Positions 20,180 through 28,027 of a DNA stretch of 32,000 nt are shown piece by piece. The DNA is from Oxalobacteraceae bacterium (GTDB taxonomy: Bacteria; Pseudomonadota; Gammaproteobacteria; Burkholderiales; Burkholderiaceae_D): positions 666,727 through 698,726 of the forward strand of contig CBDAEK010000001.1 in NCBI GenBank assembly GCA_965194595.1, in the 5' to 3' direction. Positions within the stretch are counted from its first letter, which is position 1; the number at the start of each line of letters is the position of its first letter. The notes under the pieces were generated by a model, which was not told where the DNA came from, did no database searches, and saw only the letters and a list, made by a program, of their open reading frames with translations. Made by a program: the position numbers and the translations under genes.

Positions 20180-20971
20180 ATGAAACGTAACCATCAAGCG
20201 TTATGCGCCGCCGTTATGGCGGCGCTTTTTATTGGTCTGCCTATGCAGGCCGACGCACTCTTTGAAGACACTGATGCACGACGTGAAATTCTTAAAATGC
20301 GTAAGCAAATTGAAGAATTAACCGCCAAGCTCGATGCCAGCGTCACTACTAAACTAGCGCCACTCAACACGCGAGTCGATGACAAAGCCGATAAAAAAAG
20401 CATCGTCGACATGATTGGCGAGATCGAAAAATTACGTAGTGACGTCGCCGCATTACGTGGTCAAGTTGAAGTGTTATCCAACGAGATCAACAATAGCCAG
20501 CGTCGCCAAAAAGATTTTTATAACGACTTAGATCAGCGACTACGAAAAATCGAGCCACAGAAATTAACTGTGGATGGCAAAGATGTCGAAGTCGATAAAG
20601 CTGAGCAAAAAGCTTTTGACGCTGGACTAGCGGAATTCAGAAGTGGCAATTTCGCCGCCTCACAACAATCATTCACTAGCTTCTTGCAGCGCTACCCCGA
20701 TTCTGGCTACTTACCTCAGGCGTATTTTTGGCTAGGCAGCACACACTTTGCAAAACAAGAATGCGACAAAGCTATTCCTGCCTATCAGACCGTCGCCACT
20801 CGTTTTCCAACCAGTCAAAAGGCTCCAGAGGCCTTGTTAAATATCGCGAGTTGTCAGCTTGATCTCAAAGACAAGACTGCTGCACGCGATACACTCGATC
20901 AATTGATTAAGAAGTATCCCTCGTCGAGCGCTGCCAGCATGGGTAAAGAAAGGTTGACTGAATTAAAATGA
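20180..20971 (+). CDS. cpoB: Tol-Pal system protein YbgF / cell-division coordinator CpoB
   Basis: 263-aa ORF with a signal peptide, a coiled-coil N-terminal half and a TPR-like C-terminal half. It is the last gene of the tol-pal cluster. Confidence 0.85.
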   Translation: MKRNHQALCAAVMAALFIGLPMQADALFEDTDARREILKMRKQIEELTAKLDASVTTKLAPLNTRVDDKADKKSIVDMIGEIEKLRSDVAALRGQVEVLSNEINNSQRRQKDFYNDLDQRLRKIEPQKLTVDGKDVEVDKAEQKAFDAGLAEFRSGNFAASQQSFTSFLQRYPDSGYLPQAYFWLGSTHFAKQECDKAIPAYQTVATRFPTSQKAPEALLNIASCQLDLKDKTAARDTLDQLIKKYPSSSAASMGKERLTELK

Positions 20972-21026
20972 ATTCGATGAACTTTTGTTGAAATTAGAAA
21001 CAACTGTTATGCACGAGTTGTTGCAT

Positions 21027-21056
21027 TTGACAAAACTTTCAGCAATTGCGTATAAT
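21027..21056 (+). promoter_or_regulatory. Consensus sigma70 promoter for tRNA-Lys
   Basis: TTGACA at 21027-21032, an 18-bp spacer, and TATAAT at 21051-21056. The tRNA starts 12 nt downstream of the -10. Confidence 0.7.
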
Positions 21057-21067
21057 TTCGTTCTTTC

Positions 21068-21143
21068 GGGTCGTTAGCTCAGCTGGTAGAGCAGCGGACT
21101 TTTAATCCGTTGGTCGCAAGTTCGAATCTTGCACGACCTACCA
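21068..21143 (+). tRNA. tRNA-Lys (anticodon UUU), CCA encoded
   Basis: The sequence gggtcgttagctcagctggtagagcagcggacttttaatccgttggtcgcaagttcgaatcttgcacgacctacca folds as a cloverleaf. The anticodon loop is CUUUUAA, the T-loop is GTTCGAATC, and the acceptor pairs GGGTCGT with ACGACCT. Confidence 0.95.
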
Positions 21144-21163
21144 AAATTTAATGTTTTAATTCA

Positions 21164-21194
21164 ATGACTTACTGCGAAGTAGGTCATTTTTTTT
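21164..21194 (+). terminator. Intrinsic terminator after tRNA-Lys
   Basis: The stem atgacttac / gtaggtcat is 9 bp including one G-U pair. The loop is tgcgaa, and a run of 8 T follows. Confidence 0.75.
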
Positions 21195-21303
21195 GCCTAT
21201 TTTTTAAGCAAATAAAACGTTACACAGTCGTTGCACAGTTCAACTATTTGCCCTGTGTGAATTTTTGTCTTACACTCGTAAAACGTAAGCACAAACAGCC
21301 CAA

Positions 21304-22686
21304 ATGCCAGATATATCAACAACTACGGTCGTTCTCAAAGAGCAGGAACTAAATCTAGTTCTGCGCCCTGAGACAAAGAACTGGCAGATACATTACAAAA
21401 TTGGTGCTTCAAAAACGTGGCATAGAAAGACATCAGGCACTGCAGATTTAGATGAAGCAAAAAAAATTGCAGATGATGTTTATCACGAAGCGCGAGTGCT
21501 TGATCGTCGTGGCTTAGCAATCGTTAGTAGAAAATTTAAAAGTGTTGCAGAAGTTGTTAGCAAACGTTTTCGAGATGATGTTGCTGCTGGAACTGGAAAA
21601 AAAAGTTACGCAGACTACTATCGTGCAATCGATAGTTACCTCATCCCCTTCTTTGGTAACTACAACATTGATCGCGTCACTCCTGCTGTTATCAATGACT
21701 TTCATCGCTGGCGTAAAGAGAAAGTGGGCTATGAACTCAAAGCCAGCACACAGAACAATCACAACGCTGCATTGAATGCTGTTTTTGATTACGCCGTTGA
21801 AAAAAGTTATCTGGTCGAGAGCCAACGGCCAAGTCTCAAGAACACAGGTGCTGCCACTGCCAATCGAGGCTCATTCACCACCGACGAGTTAATTCAACTA
21901 CAAACGTTTATTCAGCAGTGGAGTGCCAACGCACGTAATGAGCGCAGCCGCTGGCTACGAGAGCTCTTGGGACTCTATGTAACCTTTGTGGCGTGTACGG
22001 GTGTTAGACCAGGCACTGAGACGGAGGATCTGTGTTGGAAGCATATTGAGTTTATTGAAAAACCCAATATGCGTGTGATCCACATCACGCTGCCCAAAGG
22101 CAAGCGTGGCAGCAGAACGCTGATTGCTAGAAATGAACTCTGGCCCTTGTTGGACAAACTGCGTCAGCTGGATCCTGAGCTGGCTGACATGACATTGGAA
22201 GATTTAATCAAGGCCAAATCACCCAAGCTACTTTTTAGAATGCGCGATGGAACCCAGCCATACAATCTAGTTAATTCATTTGCCGACTGTCTTGAAACCT
22301 GCGAACTTAGCAAAAGTGACAGGGATGGCAAAGACCGCAGCTTGTACAGCCTTCGTCACTACTACGCTACGCAGCGGATATTGGAAGGAGTTAGCTACGG
22401 ACAGCTGGCGAACCAGATGGGAACATCGGTCTTGATGATCGAGCGGCACTACAGCCATCTAAAGCCCTTGATGATTGCCGAGCAGTTGGCAGGCGCCATA
22501 CCCGACGCCAAGACTGCTGAAGCTGAAGAAATCCGACGTTTTGCCCAACTAACGCCCATTCAAGCCGACGTGATGAGCTTGATTGCTGCCACAACAGGTG
22601 TACACATCGCTTTGGCTCAAGCTAACCCCAGAGCCACAGACGAATTGCAAAACGCACTTAAAAAATCCAAAGCCAAAGCCCGCTAG
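21304..22686 (+). CDS. Tyrosine-type site-specific integrase (phage integrase family)
   Basis: 460-aa ORF. It has catalytic-domain motifs (TGVRPGTE, LRHYYATQ, ERHYSHL ending in the nucleophile Tyr region) and an N-terminal SAM-like core-binding region. Confidence 0.85.
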   Translation: MPDISTTTVVLKEQELNLVLRPETKNWQIHYKIGASKTWHRKTSGTADLDEAKKIADDVYHEARVLDRRGLAIVSRKFKSVAEVVSKRFRDDVAAGTGKKSYADYYRAIDSYLIPFFGNYNIDRVTPAVINDFHRWRKEKVGYELKASTQNNHNAALNAVFDYAVEKSYLVESQRPSLKNTGAATANRGSFTTDELIQLQTFIQQWSANARNERSRWLRELLGLYVTFVACTGVRPGTETEDLCWKHIEFIEKPNMRVIHITLPKGKRGSRTLIARNELWPLLDKLRQLDPELADMTLEDLIKAKSPKLLFRMRDGTQPYNLVNSFADCLETCELSKSDRDGKDRSLYSLRHYYATQRILEGVSYGQLANQMGTSVLMIERHYSHLKPLMIAEQLAGAIPDAKTAEAEEIRRFAQLTPIQADVMSLIAATTGVHIALAQANPRATDELQNALKKSKAKAR

Positions 22687-22808
22687 GTAGCAAAAAAATG
22701 CTACTGACGCTAACCTATCGCCTAACCCAGTAATTCTTGCTTACAAAACCCAAGAGCATCCTCACGAGCGACACATCTTATGAGTGAAGACAATTCATAC
22801 AGGAGGTT

Positions 22809-23195
22809 ATGGTGACAAGGGAGATTTTAGGAGAGCAACAGATACATCCTGCGATACGTCAGATGGTATCGTCTCACTTTCGCGATACAGTTGAGGACGT
22901 AAAAAATGCCACCGCTGAGCACAGAATAGTCATCGTTGGTATGTCGGGTAACCCCTTTGTATCTAAAGCAAGACAAATACTGCATGACCGAAATATTTCT
23001 TACAAATATTTAGAATACGGTAGCTATCTTAGCCAATGGCGACGACGCAATTCACTTAAAATGTGGACTGGCTGGCCCACGTTCCCCATGATATTTGTCG
23101 ACGGTGTCTTAATCGGTGGTTATCAAGACCTTCAATCATTAATACATTCTGCAGAATTAATTGGGCAACTTGCATCTGAACGCCGATACGATTGA
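22809..23195 (+). CDS. Glutaredoxin-fold protein without any cysteine (monothiol-Grx-like scaffold, active site replaced)
   Basis: 128 aa. WPTFPMIFVDGVLIGGYQDL matches the WPTFPQ..V.GE..GG.D signature of Grx4/GrxD-type glutaredoxins. The position of CGFS is occupied by GNPFVS, and the whole protein contains no Cys. AGGAGG at 22801-22806 is only 2 nt from the ATG, so the GTG at 22812 is an alternative start. Confidence 0.55.
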   Translation: MVTREILGEQQIHPAIRQMVSSHFRDTVEDVKNATAEHRIVIVGMSGNPFVSKARQILHDRNISYKYLEYGSYLSQWRRRNSLKMWTGWPTFPMIFVDGVLIGGYQDLQSLIHSAELIGQLASERRYD

Positions 23196-23202
23196 TAAAC
23201 AC

Positions 23203-23682
23203 ATGAGCCAAGAAGTCATTGATTATTTCAACGAACTTGCCAAGACAGCTGTCAATCGCTGTCATGATCGCGTTGCGGACTTGAAGTTTTTTGAAAGTGT
23301 AAAAGCAAGGCTAGCTGCTGGAGAAGATTTAAGCGGTGAGCTTCCACAGCTGAAAAACGTCAAATCTAGTGACGCCATCTTCGTTGTGGAGAAACTGATC
23401 AAACGCTGCTACGACGACATGGCAGGTTATTGGGATATTCCTAGCAGCGGTGGGATTGACTGCAAGGTCACGTACGAGATGGCTGACAACGAAATCATCC
23501 CACGATTTTCTGCTGTATACCGCATAAAAACAGACGTCGGCGCAGTCACCTTCACCTTGGCTAGTAAAGGCAACCACGTCGACTTGGATGTTGATACGGG
23601 AAGTGTCAAAAATAAGGACACTACGACTGCACTAAGGGAAGTTAGTAGCCTCTTGCTATTTGCTCGTTTACAGCAGAATTAA
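23203..23682 (+). CDS. Hypothetical protein (159 aa), co-oriented with and 7 nt downstream of the Grx-like gene
   Basis: The ORF 23161-23682 is trimmed to the ATG at 23203 (MSQEVIDYFNELAK). I recognise no motif. Confidence 0.45.
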   Translation: MSQEVIDYFNELAKTAVNRCHDRVADLKFFESVKARLAAGEDLSGELPQLKNVKSSDAIFVVEKLIKRCYDDMAGYWDIPSSGGIDCKVTYEMADNEIIPRFSAVYRIKTDVGAVTFTLASKGNHVDLDVDTGSVKNKDTTTALREVSSLLLFARLQQN

Positions 23683-24172
23683 CAAGCTCAAGACGTTGCA
23701 AAGCAAACAAGGTCTCTATTCGAAGATCATTTAGGTCTACTAACGACATACTTTCTTCATCAATCAGTGCCGAATATTTTCCATCTTCAAGCATGAGTGA
23801 AGGGACTAGATTTGAGTTTATATGCTCATAATTAATTCGGCTGTACTCATATATCTCAAGATCAATAATGTAGTCGTATACCTCATCTCTCAGCGGCGTT
23901 GTATCAAAATGACGTCCCGAATCATCCATATTCCACCAGTGCTGAATAATTGCAGTGCAATTATTTAATTTATCAAATTTTTTTACTATCCAGCCACTTA
24001 TACAAATAATTTTTTTATTGGTAAGCTTACTCTTTTCAGCAATGTCATAGGCATTAGTAAAACAACGCTTGGCTAGCCCCCCGCCAACATTTTTTATATC
24101 CGAGCGAAAAACAATTGGCTTGCCTGAATAAGCTTGTCGGGCTTTAATAAAATCTCTCGTTGCTTTATACAT
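23642..24172 (-). CDS. Hypothetical protein; possible transglutaminase/papain-fold cysteine peptidase (Cys37-His78-Asp90 pattern)
   Basis: 176 aa with a strong SD (aAAGGAGaatcaatATG). The pattern KRCFTNAY ... ISGW ... IIQHWWNMDDSGRHFDTTP resembles the C..FA ... H.W.E ... W..FD.T core of transglutaminase-like peptidases. This is a by-eye assignment only. Confidence 0.3.
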   Translation of the reverse strand: MYKATRDFIKARQAYSGKPIVFRSDIKNVGGGLAKRCFTNAYDIAEKSKLTNKKIICISGWIVKKFDKLNNCTAIIQHWWNMDDSGRHFDTTPLRDEVYDYIIDLEIYEYSRINYEHINSNLVPSLMLEDGKYSALIDEESMSLVDLNDLRIETLFALQRLELVNSAVNEQIARGY

Positions 24173-24206
24173 ATTGATTCTCCTTTCAAATTTAAAAATT
24201 AAAAAA

Positions 24207-25688
24207 TTATTGTTCAGATTTAGAAAATCCCTCTAACCTATTTCCCTTGATTGAAAAGTATGGGTTTTGCATTTGGGTCTGCATTTCGCCAATGATTTCG
24301 TGTTGAACATCAACAGATAATTTGTAGCGAACAATAAAAGCGTCATGAATATTGGCAATGGGCCTAATGCTGTACTTGGCCAATACAGCCCTAGCCACAT
24401 CCATCGCTTGGGTTTCGCAGTGTTGATAGAGGTACGCTACTGCTCTTGATTTACTGGGATTTACATTCGGCGTCACCAATGGGCTGAAGTAAATATCAGG
24501 CATTCCATCCTTCATCCCTTCGGCCAAATACTTGTCCAGTTGTGCCTGCTCTTGAATAAACTGTTTGACGATGGGGCACGATAGAAATCGCTCACGCTGT
24601 TCCTGATTTTGTATAAGACTTACCAAGGATGGATTGACCCATTCACCATTAGCTTCACGCCAGCCGTTGTTGTTGGCTCTAGCACCAAACCCAATAGCAG
24701 TGACTGCTTGCTTGATTAATGAATCCTGATAATCAACCGCCAACCCCGAATCCCGACCAAAAGTCTCAGATCGCACATCTCGCATGAATTCTTTGCGATT
24801 AGTCACGTACAAGATAGAGGCCCAATACAGTCGATCAGAGTCTTTTTCTGGATAGAGCTCTCGAGCTAATTCCTTTGCAAAGGTCAGCTTCCAAGTCACC
24901 ACTGCTGAACGAATATCGTATTCCCAGCAATTGCCTAGCATGGCTCGCCTCAAGGTTTTATTAACGTTTTGAACGCTAATCCCCGAGTAGTACATGCGTC
25001 CAAATTCACTGGGTTTACGACGTTGTGGAAATAACCCATTCGTGGTTTTTGCAACCGCTAAAATCGTCATTGCCTGTTCGGTGTATGACCTAACGGTAGA
25101 AGGGGAAAGCTTTGTGGCTTTGGTAGTAAGCCAGACGATATACGCTTGTAATGAGGCAATATCGATTGGGGCATCATCAAATGTAGCTAAGCGCTGCCGC
25201 TTATCAATCATGGTGAAATAATCTGGATAAAGCTTTGCAAACACATCTGCATTAGCTTTTGTATCCATGCATAGCAACTCATCCAGCGAACTCTCCGATG
25301 TGGCGCCGTTAAGTGTTTTGGCTACTGCATCTGCACCACCTTTGAGGGTAACTAACTCCGTTAACTTAACCAGAGAAACTAGTCCCGTTAGGTTGTTACC
25401 AACCTCTACAATCCTGACCAGTTCTAAGTGATTGGCTTTAAGCCACGCATGAAGCCGCTCCTTGCCCGCATTTAATTGCGGACCTTTATGCGTTAGATCC
25501 GCTACTGGGATGGAATACAGATTAAATTTTTCTTCATAAGCGCTGCGCCCGCGCAGAATGGATTTAAAAATCAAGTCTTCTAACAAAACCCGATATTTTT
25601 CCAATGCCTTTTCCGCACATCGAGGTGGCTTGGGATAACTCGAGCGCAACTTAGTGAGCACAATGGGATCAATATCAATTGTGAACAT
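24207..25688 (-). CDS. Family-A (Pol I / T7-like) polymerase-domain protein, stand-alone, no exonuclease domain
   Basis: 493 aa with SD GAGGA 7 nt upstream. FGRMYYSGISVQNV aligns gap-free with Klenow TGRLSSTDPNLQNI. The motif A candidate is WEYD258IRSAV. ETFG-x14-K326QAVTAIGFG aligns gap-free with EVFG-x14-KAINFGLIYG (O-helix). Motif C is NIHD449AF. The K-to-D spacing is 123, versus 124 in Klenow. Confidence 0.5.
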   Translation of the reverse strand: MFTIDIDPIVLTKLRSSYPKPPRCAEKALEKYRVLLEDLIFKSILRGRSAYEEKFNLYSIPVADLTHKGPQLNAGKERLHAWLKANHLELVRIVEVGNNLTGLVSLVKLTELVTLKGGADAVAKTLNGATSESSLDELLCMDTKANADVFAKLYPDYFTMIDKRQRLATFDDAPIDIASLQAYIVWLTTKATKLSPSTVRSYTEQAMTILAVAKTTNGLFPQRRKPSEFGRMYYSGISVQNVNKTLRRAMLGNCWEYDIRSAVVTWKLTFAKELARELYPEKDSDRLYWASILYVTNRKEFMRDVRSETFGRDSGLAVDYQDSLIKQAVTAIGFGARANNNGWREANGEWVNPSLVSLIQNQEQRERFLSCPIVKQFIQEQAQLDKYLAEGMKDGMPDIYFSPLVTPNVNPSKSRAVAYLYQHCETQAMDVARAVLAKYSIRPIANIHDAFIVRYKLSVDVQHEIIGEMQTQMQNPYFSIKGNRLEGFSKSEQ

Positions 25689-25875
25689 ACGTAGTCCTCG
25701 TTATTTTTTGTTTAAATTCTTAAAAAATACACACACTTATAGTAAGAAGCTCCGCTTCCAAAAGCCCTGTGCTTGCCCGATGCAAGTGAAAAGAGAGAGG
25801 CGAAGCCGAGGTCAGACCCTCTGCTCCTTTTTTTAGAGGTGAGGTATCAGTAGTGTTTTTGACGGTCAGAGGCGT

Positions 25876-25912
25876 CAAGTATCTGGACGCTAATTGCCCG
25901 TCCAGATACTTG
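25876..25912. repeat. Perfect 14-bp inverted repeat (hairpin) between the 322-aa gene and the polymerase-like gene
   Basis: The arm caagtatctggacg (25876-25889) is the perfect reverse complement of cgtccagatacttg (25899-25912), with a 9-nt loop. No U-run follows on the transcribed (minus) strand. Confidence 0.8.
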
Positions 25913-25927
25913 CGCTACAGAGTTTTG

Positions 25928-26896
25928 TTACTTGGCTGCACCAAAGCCCACTTGCTTCTCAAGCTCACCTACCAACTCCGAGAGCTCAGAAGTGTCAGCA
26001 CCCATACGCTCAGCTATCGAGCCCAACAACTGATCTTCAAACGAGCGATCAAACACGTTGCCTTGCACAACGTGATACTTGCCCGTACTAGGGTTACGCA
26101 CCGACATAAACAGTACAAAGCGACCTGCTTCGTACTTAGGGTCCACCGTGTCGTCCTTGTTACCTGCCTTGCCTTTCTTTGCAGGTTTCTCAGGTACCCA
26201 GTTGTTTAGGACGTCGTTATAATCCAGCGTCGTTTGTGCGCTGTGCGCCAAAATTGTGTACAAACGACCTACCAGATCAGTACGTGAGTTTTTATCATCA
26301 CGTAGAGTTTTGGCCAGTACCTCAGCGTTAGCTAAATCGTCAGCTTCGTGATCAAAGACTTTCTCAACCACTTTAGTAACACCGCCGTGCTCAGCTAGAA
26401 AATCTGCAAACTCGTTTGTTGCCACACCCAGTGCTGCTGCCTTTTCTAAAGCAATCGTATAGTTGTTACGTGACTGACGTGATTGGTCAGAAAACACATA
26501 GCGCACAGCAACAGCCATCGTGCTTGCATTAGTGGGTACTGACTGCAGATCACGCTGCTGTATTGCTTTAATCAGCTCTTGCCGTGTCTCACGCTTTAAG
26601 GGTGAGCGCTCTACAGAGTCACCGTAGGCATAGACCTGTTCTAGCAAAGACCACAGTGCACGGTCAGAACGATCCAATACGTCAACCTTTAGCTTGCTGT
26701 AGCTCTCAACCAAAAAGTCAGCGTGCGAAATCGCTTGCTGCACACCAGGAGTTGTTGTGCCAAGTGCTTTGCCAACTGCACTGGCTAAGGGCTTTAAACG
26801 GAAAACATTGCTCAAAGGGGTTTTGATAGCTGCGCCCGAAGTTGCAACGAAAGCGTTGGTCGAGACAGGTGCTGCTGCGAGAGTAGTTGTAGACAT
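25928..26896 (-). CDS. Hypothetical protein (322 aa), first gene of the minus-strand module
   Basis: A long ORF with protein-like composition and an Ala/Thr-rich, probably disordered N-terminal ~60 aa. I recognise no motif. Confidence 0.5.
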   Translation of the reverse strand: MSTTTLAAAPVSTNAFVATSGAAIKTPLSNVFRLKPLASAVGKALGTTTPGVQQAISHADFLVESYSKLKVDVLDRSDRALWSLLEQVYAYGDSVERSPLKRETRQELIKAIQQRDLQSVPTNASTMAVAVRYVFSDQSRQSRNNYTIALEKAAALGVATNEFADFLAEHGGVTKVVEKVFDHEADDLANAEVLAKTLRDDKNSRTDLVGRLYTILAHSAQTTLDYNDVLNNWVPEKPAKKGKAGNKDDTVDPKYEAGRFVLFMSVRNPSTGKYHVVQGNVFDRSFEDQLLGSIAERMGADTSELSELVGELEKQVGFGAAK

Positions 26897-26994
26897 GGCG
26901 ATACCTTTTTAAAATAAAGTTAATAAGTTATTACTATCGATCCGCGGTATTGCGTTTCGATACGCCATTAGACCAATTCATAACATTTTTAATC

Positions 26995-27003
26995 TGATAT
27001 AAT
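26995..27003 (+). promoter_or_regulatory. Extended -10 promoter element (TGaTATAAT) upstream of the 330-aa gene
   Basis: tgatataat lies at 26995-27003, 32 nt upstream of the ATG at 27035. It sits in the 138-bp divergent intergenic region. Confidence 0.45.
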
Positions 27004-27034
27004 TTTTCCTGTTATGAATTACAGAAATTAGCCC

Positions 27035-28027
27035 ATGACTACCCCCAGAAGCCGCTTTTACAAAGGCCTCACTGGCTTTACGGCGAGTACAGAGGAAGAG
27101 ATTTATGAGATAGCGGACAACAGCATTTACCGCTGGTGGTGGGAGTTCATGCGCCTTAGCCCGATCTTTTGGTATGCGGGCAAAACTGGCCATCAACCCA
27201 TTAAAGACAGCATGGCCAAGACCTACCAGTCAGCTGGCAATTTAAAGTTGATTTCGTTTACTGGATGGTGGGATCAGTTCGGAAAATACATCTTTGAAGA
27301 ACCACAGCGCCCAAGACCTGCACGAAAAGTAGACATAGAACAGCTACAACAGCACAAGCTGTATAAGAAAAGTATCTTGGTAGAGATACCGTTAACAGCC
27401 ACCAATAAAAAAATACACAGCGATATTAAGAAAATACTTAAAGCCGAAGGTCATAATCTCACTGCCTTGTCCGTAGTACAGGCCAGCGAATCTATGCTTA
27501 AACTGCACAGCAAAAAGTATCATTCGGCAGCCATAGAAAATGAGTATTGGGTTTTGTTATACCGAATACTTTATCCAAAGACTCCGTTGTGGAAAATCGG
27601 CGATAGATTACAAATCAATCCCACAAATCGAGTTCGAGGATTAAATCCAAGAGAGGTCTCTGACGAATATTATCGAGGCAGAGGTCCCATTGCAAAAATG
27701 CAGAGCGTGGTTGGACGTTGCTACTACAAGGCTCGATTCGCTAGGTACCATGCTGAGCATGGGAGCTTTCCGAACTACACTAAAGTTGATGAGGAACTAG
27801 ATTTCAAGCCGTTTGGTGCAGAAATACACCCAGATTTTTTAGCTGCAACTGATGAATCAACGACTAAAGATTCGGCTTGGCAAAAACACATACGTCGTTT
27901 GTATGAAGAGAAGCTTCACGATCAAATTCTTCATAAAAATAATATCACGGGATTATTGGTCACCGAGCTAAAAGCTTCAGGTCGATTGAAGCAATTTACG
28001 TCAGGAGAAATAGACAGCATTAATTAA
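27035..28027 (+). CDS. Hypothetical protein (330 aa) with a Trp-rich N-terminal motif and a possible central HTH
   Basis: It has the N-terminal motif SIYRWWWEFMRLSPIFWY, a central segment TPLWKIGDRLQINPTNRVRG that looks helix-turn-helix-like, and KARFARYHAEHGSFPNY. It is transcribed divergently from the polymerase module. Confidence 0.45.
   Translation: MTTPRSRFYKGLTGFTASTEEEIYEIADNSIYRWWWEFMRLSPIFWYAGKTGHQPIKDSMAKTYQSAGNLKLISFTGWWDQFGKYIFEEPQRPRPARKVDIEQLQQHKLYKKSILVEIPLTATNKKIHSDIKKILKAEGHNLTALSVVQASESMLKLHSKKYHSAAIENEYWVLLYRILYPKTPLWKIGDRLQINPTNRVRGLNPREVSDEYYRGRGPIAKMQSVVGRCYYKARFARYHAEHGSFPNYTKVDEELDFKPFGAEIHPDFLAATDESTTKDSAWQKHIRRLYEEKLHDQILHKNNITGLLVTELKASGRLKQFTSGEIDSIN

Noticed and set aside
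21164-21352. 62-aa + strand ORF between the tRNA and the integrase
   Set aside because: It starts inside the tRNA terminator hairpin, is AT-rich and low-complexity, and overlaps the integrase start. It is most likely a promoter or att region.
25731-25750. Sequence cttactataagtg (minus strand) resembling the CACTATAG core of T7-type promoters, upstream of the polymerase-like gene
   Set aside because: Only about 7 nt are similar. The only other partial copy (ttactatc at 26929-26936) is no better than chance. This is not enough to propose a dedicated promoter class.
25853-26209. 118-aa and 65-aa + strand ORFs
   Set aside because: They are antisense to the well-supported 322-aa gene and run across the 14-bp hairpin. 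Their translations are Arg/Leu/Cys-rich with no SD.
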